Shown here piece after piece: positions 22,231-32,600 of a DNA stretch of 64,000 bases. A model generated the notes under the pieces. It did no database searches. It saw nothing but the letters and a program-made list of their open reading frames with translations, and was not told the origin of the DNA. The DNA is taken from the IMG/VR virus record IMGVR_UViG_3300005732_000005, positions 76,375 through 140,374 of that record; one strand, given 5' to 3'. The DNA is from a virus. The position numbers were made by a program, and so were the translations under genes. Position 1 is the stretch's first letter, and every line of letters begins with the position of its first letter.

Positions 22231-22439
22231 TTAAGCAAGTAGAAAACTTCAAACAAGATCCTATCTTAAATAGAATTCACCGAGTAGGGAAGTATGTAGC
22301 CAAACACTACTTACTTCCTTTAGCTTATGTTAAGGATAATATGAGTGTGAGTGAGTTTCTTGATATGGAAGATGAGATGTTGATATCAGAAGATTTTGAA
22401 AATGCCTATTATCTGGATACCGCACCAAAACAAGAATAG
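22155..22439 (+). CDS. -1 frameshift extension of the tail assembly chaperone (G-T type)
   Basis: -1 frame is open across the chaperone 3' end to TAG at 22437-22439; slippery candidates CCTTTTT (22155-22161) and AGGAAAG (22191-22197). Confidence 0.6.
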   Translation, partial: PFYRRRYSQVTDRKDTGSTVNRDRVIKQVENFKQDPILNRIHRVGKYVAKHYLLPLAYVKDNMSVSEFLDMEDEMLISEDFENAYYLDTAPKQE

Positions 22440-22446
22440 GTAATTT

Positions 22447-24657
22447 ATGGCAAAGAATTATATTGAAGAATACTTCATAAAAATCTCCGCTGACAGTAAT
22501 GATGCTGTTAAAAAGATTAAACAGGATATGGCGAGCTTAGTTGCCAATTCTACAAAACTTACTAAGCAAGCTTCTAAGATAGAGGAGAATCTTAAGAAGA
22601 AGACCACTGCAGCAAAGACAGCCGCTGAGAAGGAGTATGATACTGTAGCAAGCGCTCTTAGAAAGAAAAGGGTCTCTGATGAGGAAAAGGCTTCTAAAAG
22701 AGAGATTGACTTAGCAAAATCTGCCTACAGTAAGAAAGTTAATATCACAAAAGCTGCTGTTGCTCAAATAACCAACTCTAATAATGCAACCTTGTCTAAA
22801 ATGAAGGACTTCTATGAAGATCAGGTTAAGATTGCTAAGGGTGCTAATGAAGATTTCTTACTTGTAGAACGAGCTTTAAACAAGAAGATACTTGCAGATA
22901 CAAAAGACAAGACTCAAAGAGAAATTGACTTAGCAAAAATCAAGCACAAAAGAGAAACCCAATTCACTAAGCAAGTTGTTTCACAGATAACTGATAAGAA
23001 TAACACTGTTTTACAACAGATGAAAGATTTTTATAAGGAAGAAGAGAAACTTGCTAAGAAGAGTTATGATAACAAGAATACTAGACTTAGTGCCATTGAA
23101 AGAAGAGTTAATGCTATAACAAGGACAGCCTACTTCCAAGACCTTGAGCAAATGTCTCCTACCAAACACAAAGCTGCTATGAAGAATATTCGTGAGGCAG
23201 CAATGAGTGGTGATTTAGAGGCTGTTAAGGATGCTGCTGCGGGTGCCCAGAGGGAAGTGAGAAATCTTCGTAGGCAAATGGTTGGTCTGCAAGCTGTGCA
23301 GAATGGATTAACTGATTCTACGAGGAATATGTTGAGAAGTTATATTTCCTTGTTTGCATTGTTTGAAGCTACAACTGCTATTAAGAATGTTGGTATGCAG
23401 TTTGAAGGTATGCGCGCCTCTATGTTAGCTGCAACTTTTGGTACTGAAACTTCTGCTGACAACCTTAAGTTCGTAGATGATCTAGCTGTTCGTCTAGGTA
23501 TTAACTTGAAAGATGCAACAGATGCCTATATCAAGCTGAAATTTGCTGCTAAAGGTAAGATGGATACGGGTCAAATGGAAGAACTCTTTACAGCAGTTAC
23601 AGAGTTTGGTACAGCGTTGAAAGTTGATAAAGAGGCTATGAAAGGTGCTCTAAAAAGTATCTCTCAGATGTTGAATAAGAATCAGTTAATGGCAGAAGAG
23701 GTCAAGAACCAATTTTCGGAACATTTGCCCGGTGGTTTAGGTATTTTTGCCAAGGCAATGAATGTCACTGAACGTGAGTTTTTGAAGATGATGGAACGTG
23801 GAGAGTTGATGGCTACAGAGGTTCTTCCTCTAGTTACAAAAGAGCTTCACAAATCAGCAAGAGCTAACGGTGCATTAGAGCAAGCATTAAAATCTGTATC
23901 TGTTACTGAAGGTCAATTAATAACACAATCTCAAAAGGCTGGTGATGAGATATTTAGGTCTGGTTTTGGAGAAGGCCTGACAGAACTATACAGAACACTA
24001 ACAAATATTTTGAAAGATGCAGGACCACAGTTACAGAAAATAGGTAAAGTTTTTGGGACGATCTTCAAAGGTATAGCTCATGTACTGAAACTAATTGAAC
24101 CTCCTTTAAAAGCTATTATCAACAACATAGAGCTTCTAGGTGGTGCTTACATTATAGGCAAGTTGGCAACCTTACGAGTAGCACTGATGAGAACATTCTT
24201 ACCTATAACAGCAGCTCTTGGTGCAGCAGAAGAGTTAATTTCGTTATTCAGTGATAAGCTTGTCGGTGCAACAGAGAAGAAGTTAGGTTACCAAATCAAT
24301 GTTGCAGAAGGGACTAGAACAGACCTTGTGCAGAGAGGTGATAAGATTTACTCTCAAGCTCAAACAAGGCGATCACTACTAGCAGACCCTTCTTCAGGTA
24401 AAACAGAATTAGCTACTATGACAGAAGCTCAGTTCGACAAACTAGGTATGTTAGACAAAGCAGGTTTAGTGGTTGAACAAATAGGGGCAATGCAAGCTGA
24501 CCTTTTCAAACAAGGTCTTCATAAGCTTTTCTGGGACGATATTAAACCTGTTTCACCTAACGTTACAGTTAACAACAATATCTCAGGTGCTGGAGACCCA
24601 GAAGCAGTTGCTAGAGAGGTTGTGAGACAATCTTACCAGAATTTAGGAGTCAGGTAA
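22447..24657 (+). CDS. tape measure protein
   Basis: 736 aa, helical; tape-measure domain QMLNKNQLMAEEVKNQFSEHLPG. Confidence 0.9.
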   Translation: MAKNYIEEYFIKISADSNDAVKKIKQDMASLVANSTKLTKQASKIEENLKKKTTAAKTAAEKEYDTVASALRKKRVSDEEKASKREIDLAKSAYSKKVNITKAAVAQITNSNNATLSKMKDFYEDQVKIAKGANEDFLLVERALNKKILADTKDKTQREIDLAKIKHKRETQFTKQVVSQITDKNNTVLQQMKDFYKEEEKLAKKSYDNKNTRLSAIERRVNAITRTAYFQDLEQMSPTKHKAAMKNIREAAMSGDLEAVKDAAAGAQREVRNLRRQMVGLQAVQNGLTDSTRNMLRSYISLFALFEATTAIKNVGMQFEGMRASMLAATFGTETSADNLKFVDDLAVRLGINLKDATDAYIKLKFAAKGKMDTGQMEELFTAVTEFGTALKVDKEAMKGALKSISQMLNKNQLMAEEVKNQFSEHLPGGLGIFAKAMNVTEREFLKMMERGELMATEVLPLVTKELHKSARANGALEQALKSVSVTEGQLITQSQKAGDEIFRSGFGEGLTELYRTLTNILKDAGPQLQKIGKVFGTIFKGIAHVLKLIEPPLKAIINNIELLGGAYIIGKLATLRVALMRTFLPITAALGAAEELISLFSDKLVGATEKKLGYQINVAEGTRTDLVQRGDKIYSQAQTRRSLLADPSSGKTELATMTEAQFDKLGMLDKAGLVVEQIGAMQADLFKQGLHKLFWDDIKPVSPNVTVNNNISGAGDPEAVAREVVRQSYQNLGVR

Positions 24658-24658
24658 C

Positions 24659-25264
24659 ATGACAGCTAAAACAAAGTTTTACTTTACACGGAAAGATAAC
24701 TCTGACACTTATGAACTGTCATCAACAACAGCTTGTAGGGTATCAGAATCTGCCCGTATTACAAACAGACGTGTTGAGGATGGTAAGTCTCTTTCGGACA
24801 ACTACTATCTTGAGAATAGAGTGGTAACCTTTGATGGAATCATCACCGATATTCGTAACAATAGTAGTGTTGAAGGTACAGAGAAATTCTTGAATGAATT
24901 ACGTGAGTTGAGAGGACTGGATATTCCAGCTCTTCTCGATGTCCAAGCAAACAATCAATTCATTCCAAATTGCCTTATCCAAACACTAGATATTTCAACT
25001 GATCCTAAGACAGGTGTTTACGCTTGGAAAGTGAATATGGTTTTGAAGGAGGTAACTTTTGCAGAAAGAGCTTCTCTAGTGGAAGTTGCTGAACCAAAAG
25101 AATCTCGTAAGGATGAAGTTAGCGGTACAAGAGACCGTTCTACCAACACTGTCCAAGAAGTTGAAGTGAGCACCACTATCGGTGCAGATGCAGCTTCTAC
25201 AATAGGGCTACTTCCTTCAGGAATACCTGTAATACCACCACCTACAGACAACGGAGGCACATAA
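24659..25264 (+). CDS. Dit-like tail tube initiator / baseplate protein
   Basis: ITNRRVEDGKSLSD...VTFDGII motif after the tape measure gene. Confidence 0.7.
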   Translation: MTAKTKFYFTRKDNSDTYELSSTTACRVSESARITNRRVEDGKSLSDNYYLENRVVTFDGIITDIRNNSSVEGTEKFLNELRELRGLDIPALLDVQANNQFIPNCLIQTLDISTDPKTGVYAWKVNMVLKEVTFAERASLVEVAEPKESRKDEVSGTRDRSTNTVQEVEVSTTIGADAASTIGLLPSGIPVIPPPTDNGGT

Positions 25265-25620
25265 TGCCAAAGGCTATACGTGTAGATGATTTATCTTCTC
25301 AAGTGCAGCAAATCACTTTAAATGGTATCACCCTTTACTTGAAGATTTACTTCCTAACAGGATACACTTCTAACGGGTGGTATGTAGATTTCTTGGATCA
25401 AGATAGGAACCTTCTTTACGGAGGTAGACGTATTACAGCAGGAACTAACCTCACATACCTTTCTCCTGATGTAGTGGATACTTTAGGGGGTCATATCTTC
25501 TGTGTAAATGTTGCCGCCACAAGAGAACCTCTCACAAGAGATAATTTCTCTACAAAAGGAGATTATCAGTTGTGGTATTATACTAACGAGGAGATTGCAA
25601 ATGCCACTTCTCAAGCGTAA
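25264..25620 (+). CDS. baseplate protein
   Basis: QQITLNG...WYVDFLD pattern; synteny. Confidence 0.6.
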   Translation: MPKAIRVDDLSSQVQQITLNGITLYLKIYFLTGYTSNGWYVDFLDQDRNLLYGGRRITAGTNLTYLSPDVVDTLGGHIFCVNVAATREPLTRDNFSTKGDYQLWYYTNEEIANATSQA

Positions 25621-26581
25621 ATATAGATTAGTGGTAGGAAAGCCTCCTATCACTACTATCACTACAGAGTATATTACTGAAGATGAAGTATTTGGTCAAC
25701 TGTTTATTCCCAAAGAGAATGATTACCGTACAGTGACATTAAATGCTGTAGAGATAACCGAGCTTGATATAAACGCCACTATTTCAAGTAAGGCAGGTGG
25801 TAAGAATTCGTCATCTGTAATTAAGATTTATAACTTGTCAGAAGATACTCGTAATATTGTGGAAAGAGTGAATAACTACGTTATTCTAGAGGCAGGTTAT
25901 GCTTCTGATGAAGAGCTTAAAGTTGTATTTACTGGTCAAGTGAGTGAGTTCTTTACAGAGAATGTCGGAGAAGATTTAGTGACTACTTTACAATGTAAAG
26001 ATGGTTATATTCCAAACAATACCCTCAGGGTAGACAAGTTCTTCCCAGCAGGGGTTACCGCAGATACCATATTTAAGTACATAATTGACCAGTATAAAAA
26101 GGTTGGTGTTCCGTTAGGTTTCTATTCAGGGTTTAGCGATAAGAAGGAACGTGTTGAGTATGTCCAACTTCCTATGCCACAAGACACCACTTTCTATATG
26201 GGATACACTTTAACAGGTTATCTCTGGGATGAACTAAAAGACTTGACTAAAAGTTTGGGCTATGTTTGTTATATTACAAACGGAAGATTGTTCATCCACC
26301 CGAAGGGATTCACTCGTGCAGTGGAGCAGTTTGAAGTAGATCATTCTCAAATATACTCTATTAAGAAAAGTGGTAAAGCCAACAACAATACTACTGGTAA
26401 ATCAGATACTGGTGTAAATATATCACTTCCTTTAGATGCAAGGATGGATGTTGATAAACAGATCAAAGTTATTGGCGGAGACTTTGAAGGTGTTTATAAA
26501 ATTATGGAACGTTCATTTAATATCAGTATTTTTGATGGAAACTTTGATACCAATCTAGTTTGCAAATCGGTAGAGGCATAA
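25601..26581 (+). CDS. baseplate hub protein
   Basis: IKIYNLS...VILEAGY...VFTGQV...CKDG. Confidence 0.75.
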   Translation: MPLLKRKYRLVVGKPPITTITTEYITEDEVFGQLFIPKENDYRTVTLNAVEITELDINATISSKAGGKNSSSVIKIYNLSEDTRNIVERVNNYVILEAGYASDEELKVVFTGQVSEFFTENVGEDLVTTLQCKDGYIPNNTLRVDKFFPAGVTADTIFKYIIDQYKKVGVPLGFYSGFSDKKERVEYVQLPMPQDTTFYMGYTLTGYLWDELKDLTKSLGYVCYITNGRLFIHPKGFTRAVEQFEVDHSQIYSIKKSGKANNNTTGKSDTGVNISLPLDARMDVDKQIKVIGGDFEGVYKIMERSFNISIFDGNFDTNLVCKSVEA

Positions 26582-26681
26582 TCTTGCCTTTACCACACTC
26601 ATTCTCTCCCGTCAACACTCCTCTCGCATAATCCTCTCTTTAATGTTATAATAAATAATACAAACAACATAGGAGAGAGGG

Positions 26682-27341
26682 ATGCCCTTTTCAACACAAG
26701 ACGCTCCTGATTTAAAGATTATTCTGGAAAAAGAATTAGATATCTTTAAAGAAAGGGTTAACGTCTCAATTCCTGCTGTTATCCAAGAATTCGACCCAGA
26801 AGAACAAGTTGCAAGAGTTAAACCTACTATTTACGAAATGTATAAAGATGGTGTAACTAAATCTATGCCAGATATATTTTACGTTCCAGTCATATTTCCT
26901 TCTAGTGGAGGTGGTAGTTTAACTTTTCCAGTAAAGAAAGGTGATGAAGTTATGCTGGTATTCTCCCAAAGAGCTTTTGATCAGTGGTGGGTGAGTAGTA
27001 AAGTTCCTTCTAAGCCGACTGTACAACGGTATCACGACTATAATGATGCGGTGGCTATCATTGGGTTAAAGAGTAGACAAAACAGCCTCAAAGCAAGCAC
27101 AGAGAACGTAGAGCTAAGGTTTGATGATGATCAAGGGGAGATGATTAATAAAATCACAATGACCCCAGAAGGTAAGTTCAAAATAGAGAATAAAGAAGAA
27201 GAGTTGTTACAGGTGATGGAAGATTTTATCACTGCTGCAATCAATATGACAACAAGTACTCTTCCAAACCCTCTACAACCTCCTAACAATAAAGCTGAAT
27301 TTGAAGCACTATTACCAAGAATAAAGAAATTGAAGGGGTAG
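26682..27341 (+). CDS. baseplate spike (Gp138 N-terminal domain)
   Basis: PVIFPSSGGGSLTFPVKKGDEVMLVFSQR...RYHDYNDAVAI. Confidence 0.85.
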   Translation: MPFSTQDAPDLKIILEKELDIFKERVNVSIPAVIQEFDPEEQVARVKPTIYEMYKDGVTKSMPDIFYVPVIFPSSGGGSLTFPVKKGDEVMLVFSQRAFDQWWVSSKVPSKPTVQRYHDYNDAVAIIGLKSRQNSLKASTENVELRFDDDQGEMINKITMTPEGKFKIENKEEELLQVMEDFITAAINMTTSTLPNPLQPPNNKAEFEALLPRIKKLKG

Positions 27342-27347
27342 AATATT

Positions 27348-27530
27348 ATGCCAATGGTAGATGCAGATGCTGTAGCAAGAATTATGGCAAGAGTAAGAGC
27401 AGTAGACTATAACAACACTCCTGTCGATAATGAGCAGCACATACAGACACTTGTCGAAGAGATATTAGCTGAAGTTAGAAATGCCACGGTCACCACACCA
27501 ACAGACGGAGCTTCAGGAACAATATCATGA
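27348..27530 (+). CDS. small baseplate / spike-associated protein
   Basis: 60 aa, between spike and wedge genes. Confidence 0.5.
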   Translation: MPMVDADAVARIMARVRAVDYNNTPVDNEQHIQTLVEEILAEVRNATVTTPTDGASGTIS

Positions 27531-27886
27531 CAGATGTAGTATTAGATGAAAATTTCGGAATAGTTTTTGAAGACAATGATATGAAACTTTTCCAAGAAGA
27601 TGACCCTCGTTTGGTGGCACAACGTTTAGAGATAAAATTATCCTCTTACAAAGGTGAGTGGTTCTTAGATAGAAACTATGGTATTCCTTGGATACAAGAG
27701 ATCTTATCTAGAAGAGGAACTAAAGACCTTGCAGATGCTAACATTCGAAGAGTAATATTATCAGATCCTGATGTTAAGTCAATAACAAATTACCGAAGCA
27801 GTGTAAGAAATTCTAAGTTAGAGGTAGTTTTTGACGGAACACTTGTTAACGGATCTAGTTTCACAAGTTTAACATTACAGGTGTAA
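27527..27886 (+). CDS. baseplate wedge / sheath initiator (gp25-like)
   Basis: QRL..L...KGEWFLDRNYGIPW. Confidence 0.8.
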   Translation: MTDVVLDENFGIVFEDNDMKLFQEDDPRLVAQRLEIKLSSYKGEWFLDRNYGIPWIQEILSRRGTKDLADANIRRVILSDPDVKSITNYRSSVRNSKLEVVFDGTLVNGSSFTSLTLQV

Positions 27887-27887
27887 G

Positions 27888-29336
27888 ATGGCAGATTTTG
27901 GTTTAACAGATAAAGGTTTTGTGGCAAAACGGTTTGAGGATATCGTTAATGACCGCAAGAGCCAGATACAACAAGAGTTTGGGATAGATTTAGATTCTAA
28001 TCCAGATAACGCTCTAAAGATTTATACACAAATTTTATCACTAGCTTCCTCAGAAAACTGGGCTACAACTGCAGCACTACAATCCGTAATGGATATTGAC
28101 AATGCGAGTGATGTTTACTTAGATATACTGTGTGCTGCAAAACTTATTTATCGTCAAGGAGCTGAACCTTCAAGAGGAGATGTTCTTGTTGAGATAAATG
28201 AGATTTCAGAACTAACACTTCCTGCTGAAAGTAGCTTCTATAACGTTAACAATAAACAATTCAATACTGAAGAGATATTCACTTTAAGTGTAGCTAATCC
28301 GCAAACAGTAAGTATTACTCCAGAAGCAACTTATACAGGAGATATTAATTTCTCAGTAGCAGGTGCAAGTTTTAGTAAGAATGTTACCGCAGAAGGTGGA
28401 ATTTTACAAGCATTACAAGCCTTGAGAGATGACCTTTTAGCAGTAGATTACTTTGCAGAAGTAGTGGATGCCTCCACATTAAAGATTCGAAAGATTGAGG
28501 ATGTAGGTGCTACAAGCTCAGACTTCTCTTATGCAAGTGTTTCTGGTACAGGTGATGTTCTTATCGGAAGATATGTTACGGTAGCTTACACAGAGTCTGG
28601 AGACTTCACATTCCCTGAGGACACACTTACCGTTGCCCCTAGTTTCTCGGTCATACAAAGTTTCTATAACAAAGAGATTACTGGTGGTAGGTATCGTGAG
28701 ACAGATGAAGAACTTCGTTACCGTTTTAAGAATGGTCAGAGTGTTTTAGGTAATGGTACACCTTCTGCAATCAAGTCCAAGCTTTTAGGTATAGATGGAG
28801 TAAGTGCAGTAAGTGTTGAAGAAAACCATACAATGTTTGAAGACAGTAATGGTCGTCCACCTAAGAGTCAAGAGATTATTGTAAAGGGTGGAGAGGATGT
28901 TGAAGTTGCTCAAATGATTCTTGATAGTGCAGCAGGTGGTATAGAATTATTTGGTAATACAAGTGTTACAATCAGAGATTTGAACGGAGATAACAGGGCT
29001 GTAAAATTTAGCCGTATTACCCAACAATATATCACTTTACGTATTGTATTTGAAAAGTACGATGAAGAGCAATTCCCTGCAAACGGTGCAGAACTTATTG
29101 CACAAGCTTCTCAGGATTATATCAACTCTTTGAATGTAGGTAATGATGTAATAGGTGGTAGGATTTCTGCGAACATTTACAATAAAGTGAGTGGTATAGA
29201 AGTGGTGGAAGTTCAGATGTTTGTTTCAGATGATCCTTCTCAAGCAGCTACAAGCTACCAAACAGCCCCTATCAGAATTTCAACTTCTCAAGAAGCAGTT
29301 TGTTTAGATGGGAAAATATTAGTCGTAGAGGTGTAA
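27888..29336 (+). CDS. baseplate J-like wedge protein
   Basis: GRYRETDEELRYRF...GVSAVSVEEN...PPKS. Confidence 0.9.
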   Translation: MADFGLTDKGFVAKRFEDIVNDRKSQIQQEFGIDLDSNPDNALKIYTQILSLASSENWATTAALQSVMDIDNASDVYLDILCAAKLIYRQGAEPSRGDVLVEINEISELTLPAESSFYNVNNKQFNTEEIFTLSVANPQTVSITPEATYTGDINFSVAGASFSKNVTAEGGILQALQALRDDLLAVDYFAEVVDASTLKIRKIEDVGATSSDFSYASVSGTGDVLIGRYVTVAYTESGDFTFPEDTLTVAPSFSVIQSFYNKEITGGRYRETDEELRYRFKNGQSVLGNGTPSAIKSKLLGIDGVSAVSVEENHTMFEDSNGRPPKSQEIIVKGGEDVEVAQMILDSAAGGIELFGNTSVTIRDLNGDNRAVKFSRITQQYITLRIVFEKYDEEQFPANGAELIAQASQDYINSLNVGNDVIGGRISANIYNKVSGIEVVEVQMFVSDDPSQAATSYQTAPIRISTSQEAVCLDGKILVVEV

Positions 29337-29337
29337 T

Positions 29338-30138
29338 ATGTCAGACGTTAAAAACATTGACTTTAATACCTTTCCAGATGAATTACTTCCTACCAGATTC
29401 TTATCAGATGATAGTCACACCCGTTTCTTAAAGGTATTCCTTGAAGAAGAGCAATTGTTCCAAGATGAACTGAGAAAGTTTATCGAACAAGGGATGGACG
29501 TTGACAAGGCTACTGGTAGACAGTTAGATATTGTTGCAAAGTTATCTAATATTATCAGAGACACTGATGAGGCAGATGAAGATTTAAGAAGCAGAGTTAA
29601 GCTTCGAAGGTTTATTGATAATTCCTCAGGAACGATTAATGAACTTTTAAGATTTCTAAATGAGATTACAGGTAATACAGAGAGTAAACTCTTTGAATAC
29701 TATCCTGCTTCTATAATGGCACAGACCACTTCTGAAGATTACCCTGCAGACCTAGCAAATAGTTTTGATAAATTATGTGCCTCGGGTGTGAATGGTCATA
29801 CAGTTTTACACCTTCGAGGTGGTAATGGTTTAATTTTCGAAGATAGTGCTGCTACCCACACTCTTGTTGCAACAGGAAGTGGTGAAGTTGGTATGGGGGC
29901 AGGAGAGGATACAGCACTCTCAGCAGGGTATGTATTACCAGACGACCCATCTACCGTAAAAGAGTCCAGTAAGTTGGTAGATTCTACATTACTATATAGA
30001 AGCTCTCTAAGAAACTCTGGTGAAGACAGGATGCACTCTGGAGAAAATGAAGCTGATTCAGGCGGACTTATTTTAAATGATCCCCCTATTCTGAAAGGTG
30101 TTCTTGGTAATACATACACTAATGATAAATATTTGTAG
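29338..30138 (+). CDS. baseplate wedge protein (DUF2612-like)
   Basis: DKATGRQLDIV...DEDLR...SSGT. Confidence 0.75.
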   Translation: MSDVKNIDFNTFPDELLPTRFLSDDSHTRFLKVFLEEEQLFQDELRKFIEQGMDVDKATGRQLDIVAKLSNIIRDTDEADEDLRSRVKLRRFIDNSSGTINELLRFLNEITGNTESKLFEYYPASIMAQTTSEDYPADLANSFDKLCASGVNGHTVLHLRGGNGLIFEDSAATHTLVATGSGEVGMGAGEDTALSAGYVLPDDPSTVKESSKLVDSTLLYRSSLRNSGEDRMHSGENEADSGGLILNDPPILKGVLGNTYTNDKYL

Positions 30139-30149
30139 GAAATTATATA

Positions 30150-31016
30150 ATGGCGAAGGTTAATAAACAAGCTATTACTTGGTGCTGGGAACTTACATAC
30201 GATGTAAACGGCAGACCGAGTAGAGAATTTATGCCATATGAGATTGCTTTGAAGGGATTAGTTTCTGATGAGCAAGGTATTGGTAGGCAACAATTTAATG
30301 AATTATTTTACCAGTTTGGTCAAGCGATTGTTACTGTAGAAGAAGGTTATGAAGAGGCAGTTTCTGCTGAGGCAGATGCTCGTTCTCAGGCAGATAATGC
30401 TTTACAGCAGAACATTAATCAAGAAGTAAGCGATCGTCAACAGGCTGATCAGACTATACAAGAGAATCTGGATAGAGAGATTGACTTTTTAAACCAAGAT
30501 CTTGAACCTCTTACAGGAGCTTTAGCTCAAGCTATCATGCAACAGCTACACCCTGTAGGGAGTGTGTGGACTACTGCTGGAAATCAAAATCCTGCTACAC
30601 AATTAGGTTTTGGTACTTGGACTAAGAGAGGCGGTTTCGTAGTAGGTCAGGAAGATGGTGATGCAGATTTTGGTACTGCAGGTAACACTGGTGGTAGTAA
30701 GGATCATACACATACATTCTCAGATGACCCTACAACATCAAGTAATGGCGGAGAAAATCTAACTATTCCTAGAGATGGTTGGGGGGTAGATGGCGTTACT
30801 CCTGCTCCTGCACAGGCAACTACCTCAGGAAGGATGATGGTTGGAAGTGGTCTAGTGGATAACACAGAAACCTTGGAATCGTTAAACGGTGCAGGTAATG
30901 ACCAAACTGTTACCACAACAGACCACACTCATACAGTAAGTGTCTCTGGAACAACAGGTTCATCTTCAAATCTACCTCCTTATCGAGTGTATAATGTCTG
31001 GGAAAGGACAGCTTAA
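30150..31016 (+). CDS. short tail fibre / baseplate protein
   Basis: coiled coil, then HPVGSVW...NPATQLGFGTW, HTH metal motifs and NLPPY..VWERTA (T4 gp10 C-terminal-like). Confidence 0.75.
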   Translation: MAKVNKQAITWCWELTYDVNGRPSREFMPYEIALKGLVSDEQGIGRQQFNELFYQFGQAIVTVEEGYEEAVSAEADARSQADNALQQNINQEVSDRQQADQTIQENLDREIDFLNQDLEPLTGALAQAIMQQLHPVGSVWTTAGNQNPATQLGFGTWTKRGGFVVGQEDGDADFGTAGNTGGSKDHTHTFSDDPTTSSNGGENLTIPRDGWGVDGVTPAPAQATTSGRMMVGSGLVDNTETLESLNGAGNDQTVTTTDHTHTVSVSGTTGSSSNLPPYRVYNVWERTA

Positions 31017-31056
31017 GAAAGGAATATTTTCTGAGAAGGAATTTTGGACAAAAAGA

Positions 31057-31088
31057 AAGCCCGTCACAATTAAGTGAACGGGCTTTTT
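31057..31088. terminator. bidirectional terminator between tail and replication modules
   Basis: AAAGCCCGTCAC-aattaa-GTGAACGGGCTTTTT. Confidence 0.8.
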
Positions 31089-31120
31089 GTTTATGTAAGT
31101 TATTGTTTTAAAACAACTTT

Positions 31121-32344
31121 TTAGAAAGGGATCGTATCATCAAAGTCATCTAAATCTTCTACAGGTAAACTTTCTACAGGTTTACTTGCATTAACTTCCT
31201 CTTTAGGAACACTCTCTTTCACAGAAGTTTCCTTTCGAGCAGGAGGTTGTTCCTGAGATTGTTCACCTCGGATTTCAGAAATAGCTTTAGCAAAAGGAGT
31301 AGATGTATAATCAACACCCTTCTCAAAACTATACTCATTACCTGTCTTCTTAGAAACACCTTCAATCAAGAATGTCTTACTAGATGAAGCACGTTTAAGG
31401 AAACCATAACTATCTAGGCTGATGTATTTCATCTCATCCTGTGATAAGTGACTTACATCGTCAAGCAGCGCCCCAATGAAAGGCATTAACTCTTTACCGT
31501 CAAAAGCTTTCTTAATCTGCTGGTCTGCTGTGAAAACAGAATCATCTGGCATATCAAGGTCTTGCACTTCAGTAGGTTTTGCACAGCTAAAGAACACACC
31601 TACCTTACCTGAACCATCTTCTTCATTGTAATCACGATCATCTAAATCAGCTTTAACTGTAAATGAACAAACAGCTTCTGCTAAAGTCGCAATATCGAAC
31701 TCACTAGAGATTAACTCTTTCTCTCGACCTGCTGCTGCACAAATCTTATAAACAAGATTGTTTTCACGAACAGGTTTGTAACTGCCATCAAAAACAATTG
31801 TCTTGTAGAAGTCTGTGTGGAAGCCTGTAGAACCATTCAAACAAACACGTAAAGGTTTTTCACCTAAATGTCGCATACTTTCATTAGGGTTCTTTGAATG
31901 ATCAATCATAACCTGTGGAAAGTCTACCGTCACACCATATTCCTGTTGAGGAAAGCTAGGTGATGTTTGTTTACGAACACGTTCACTTTTCTTAGTCTGA
32001 TCATTATACTCCATAGTCCAAACGAAATCGTGAGTAGGGTTCTTTTCTTTCCAAGCAAGCTCTTCCTGAGAATACTCTTCACCTTCTGCGGGTAAAGCAC
32101 ACTTCGTAGTCCACTCACTATCTTTTGCAGGAGGGAAGCCTAAGTCTTGGATGTAACTTACCACACCAATTAAACTCTTCTCCTTGCGTTTCTTACCGTT
32201 AGCTAATTCTTTCGCTTTAGCATTAAAACATTCCCACTGATATAAATTCCAAGCATTACGTTCCTCTTGTGACACACCGCCACCTGATTCACCGTTACCT
32301 GTATTCATGGGTTGGTCTGCTGCTGCTTTCTTAGAAAATGCCAT
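31121..32344 (-). CDS. putative single-stranded DNA-binding protein
   Basis: acidic C-terminal tail DLDDFDDTIPF; high-expression codons; in the replication region. Confidence 0.55.
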   Translation of the reverse strand: MAFSKKAAADQPMNTGNGESGGGVSQEERNAWNLYQWECFNAKAKELANGKKRKEKSLIGVVSYIQDLGFPPAKDSEWTTKCALPAEGEEYSQEELAWKEKNPTHDFVWTMEYNDQTKKSERVRKQTSPSFPQQEYGVTVDFPQVMIDHSKNPNESMRHLGEKPLRVCLNGSTGFHTDFYKTIVFDGSYKPVRENNLVYKICAAAGREKELISSEFDIATLAEAVCSFTVKADLDDRDYNEEDGSGKVGVFFSCAKPTEVQDLDMPDDSVFTADQQIKKAFDGKELMPFIGALLDDVSHLSQDEMKYISLDSYGFLKRASSSKTFLIEGVSKKTGNEYSFEKGVDYTSTPFAKAISEIRGEQSQEQPPARKETSVKESVPKEEVNASKPVESLPVEDLDDFDDTIPF

Positions 32345-32600
32345 ATTATACTTCTCCTCTGTTAGTTTTAAGTATATTCATTGTTGTATCTCAAATGTTT
32401 GTATATCTAAATTCTGTGATTAAGTCACAACTCTGTGTTGGAATATCTCTATCCCGAAAGGTTCTTATTACGAGCTACCTTTTGTCAGAAAATCACGTTT
32501 CAAAGGTTGTCTGATTCAACAAAGTGGTAGCTTATAATGTATGATAACTTTTTAAAGGTTGTGTGTCAAGGGAGATGTTAGATAAATCTAACTTTTCCCT

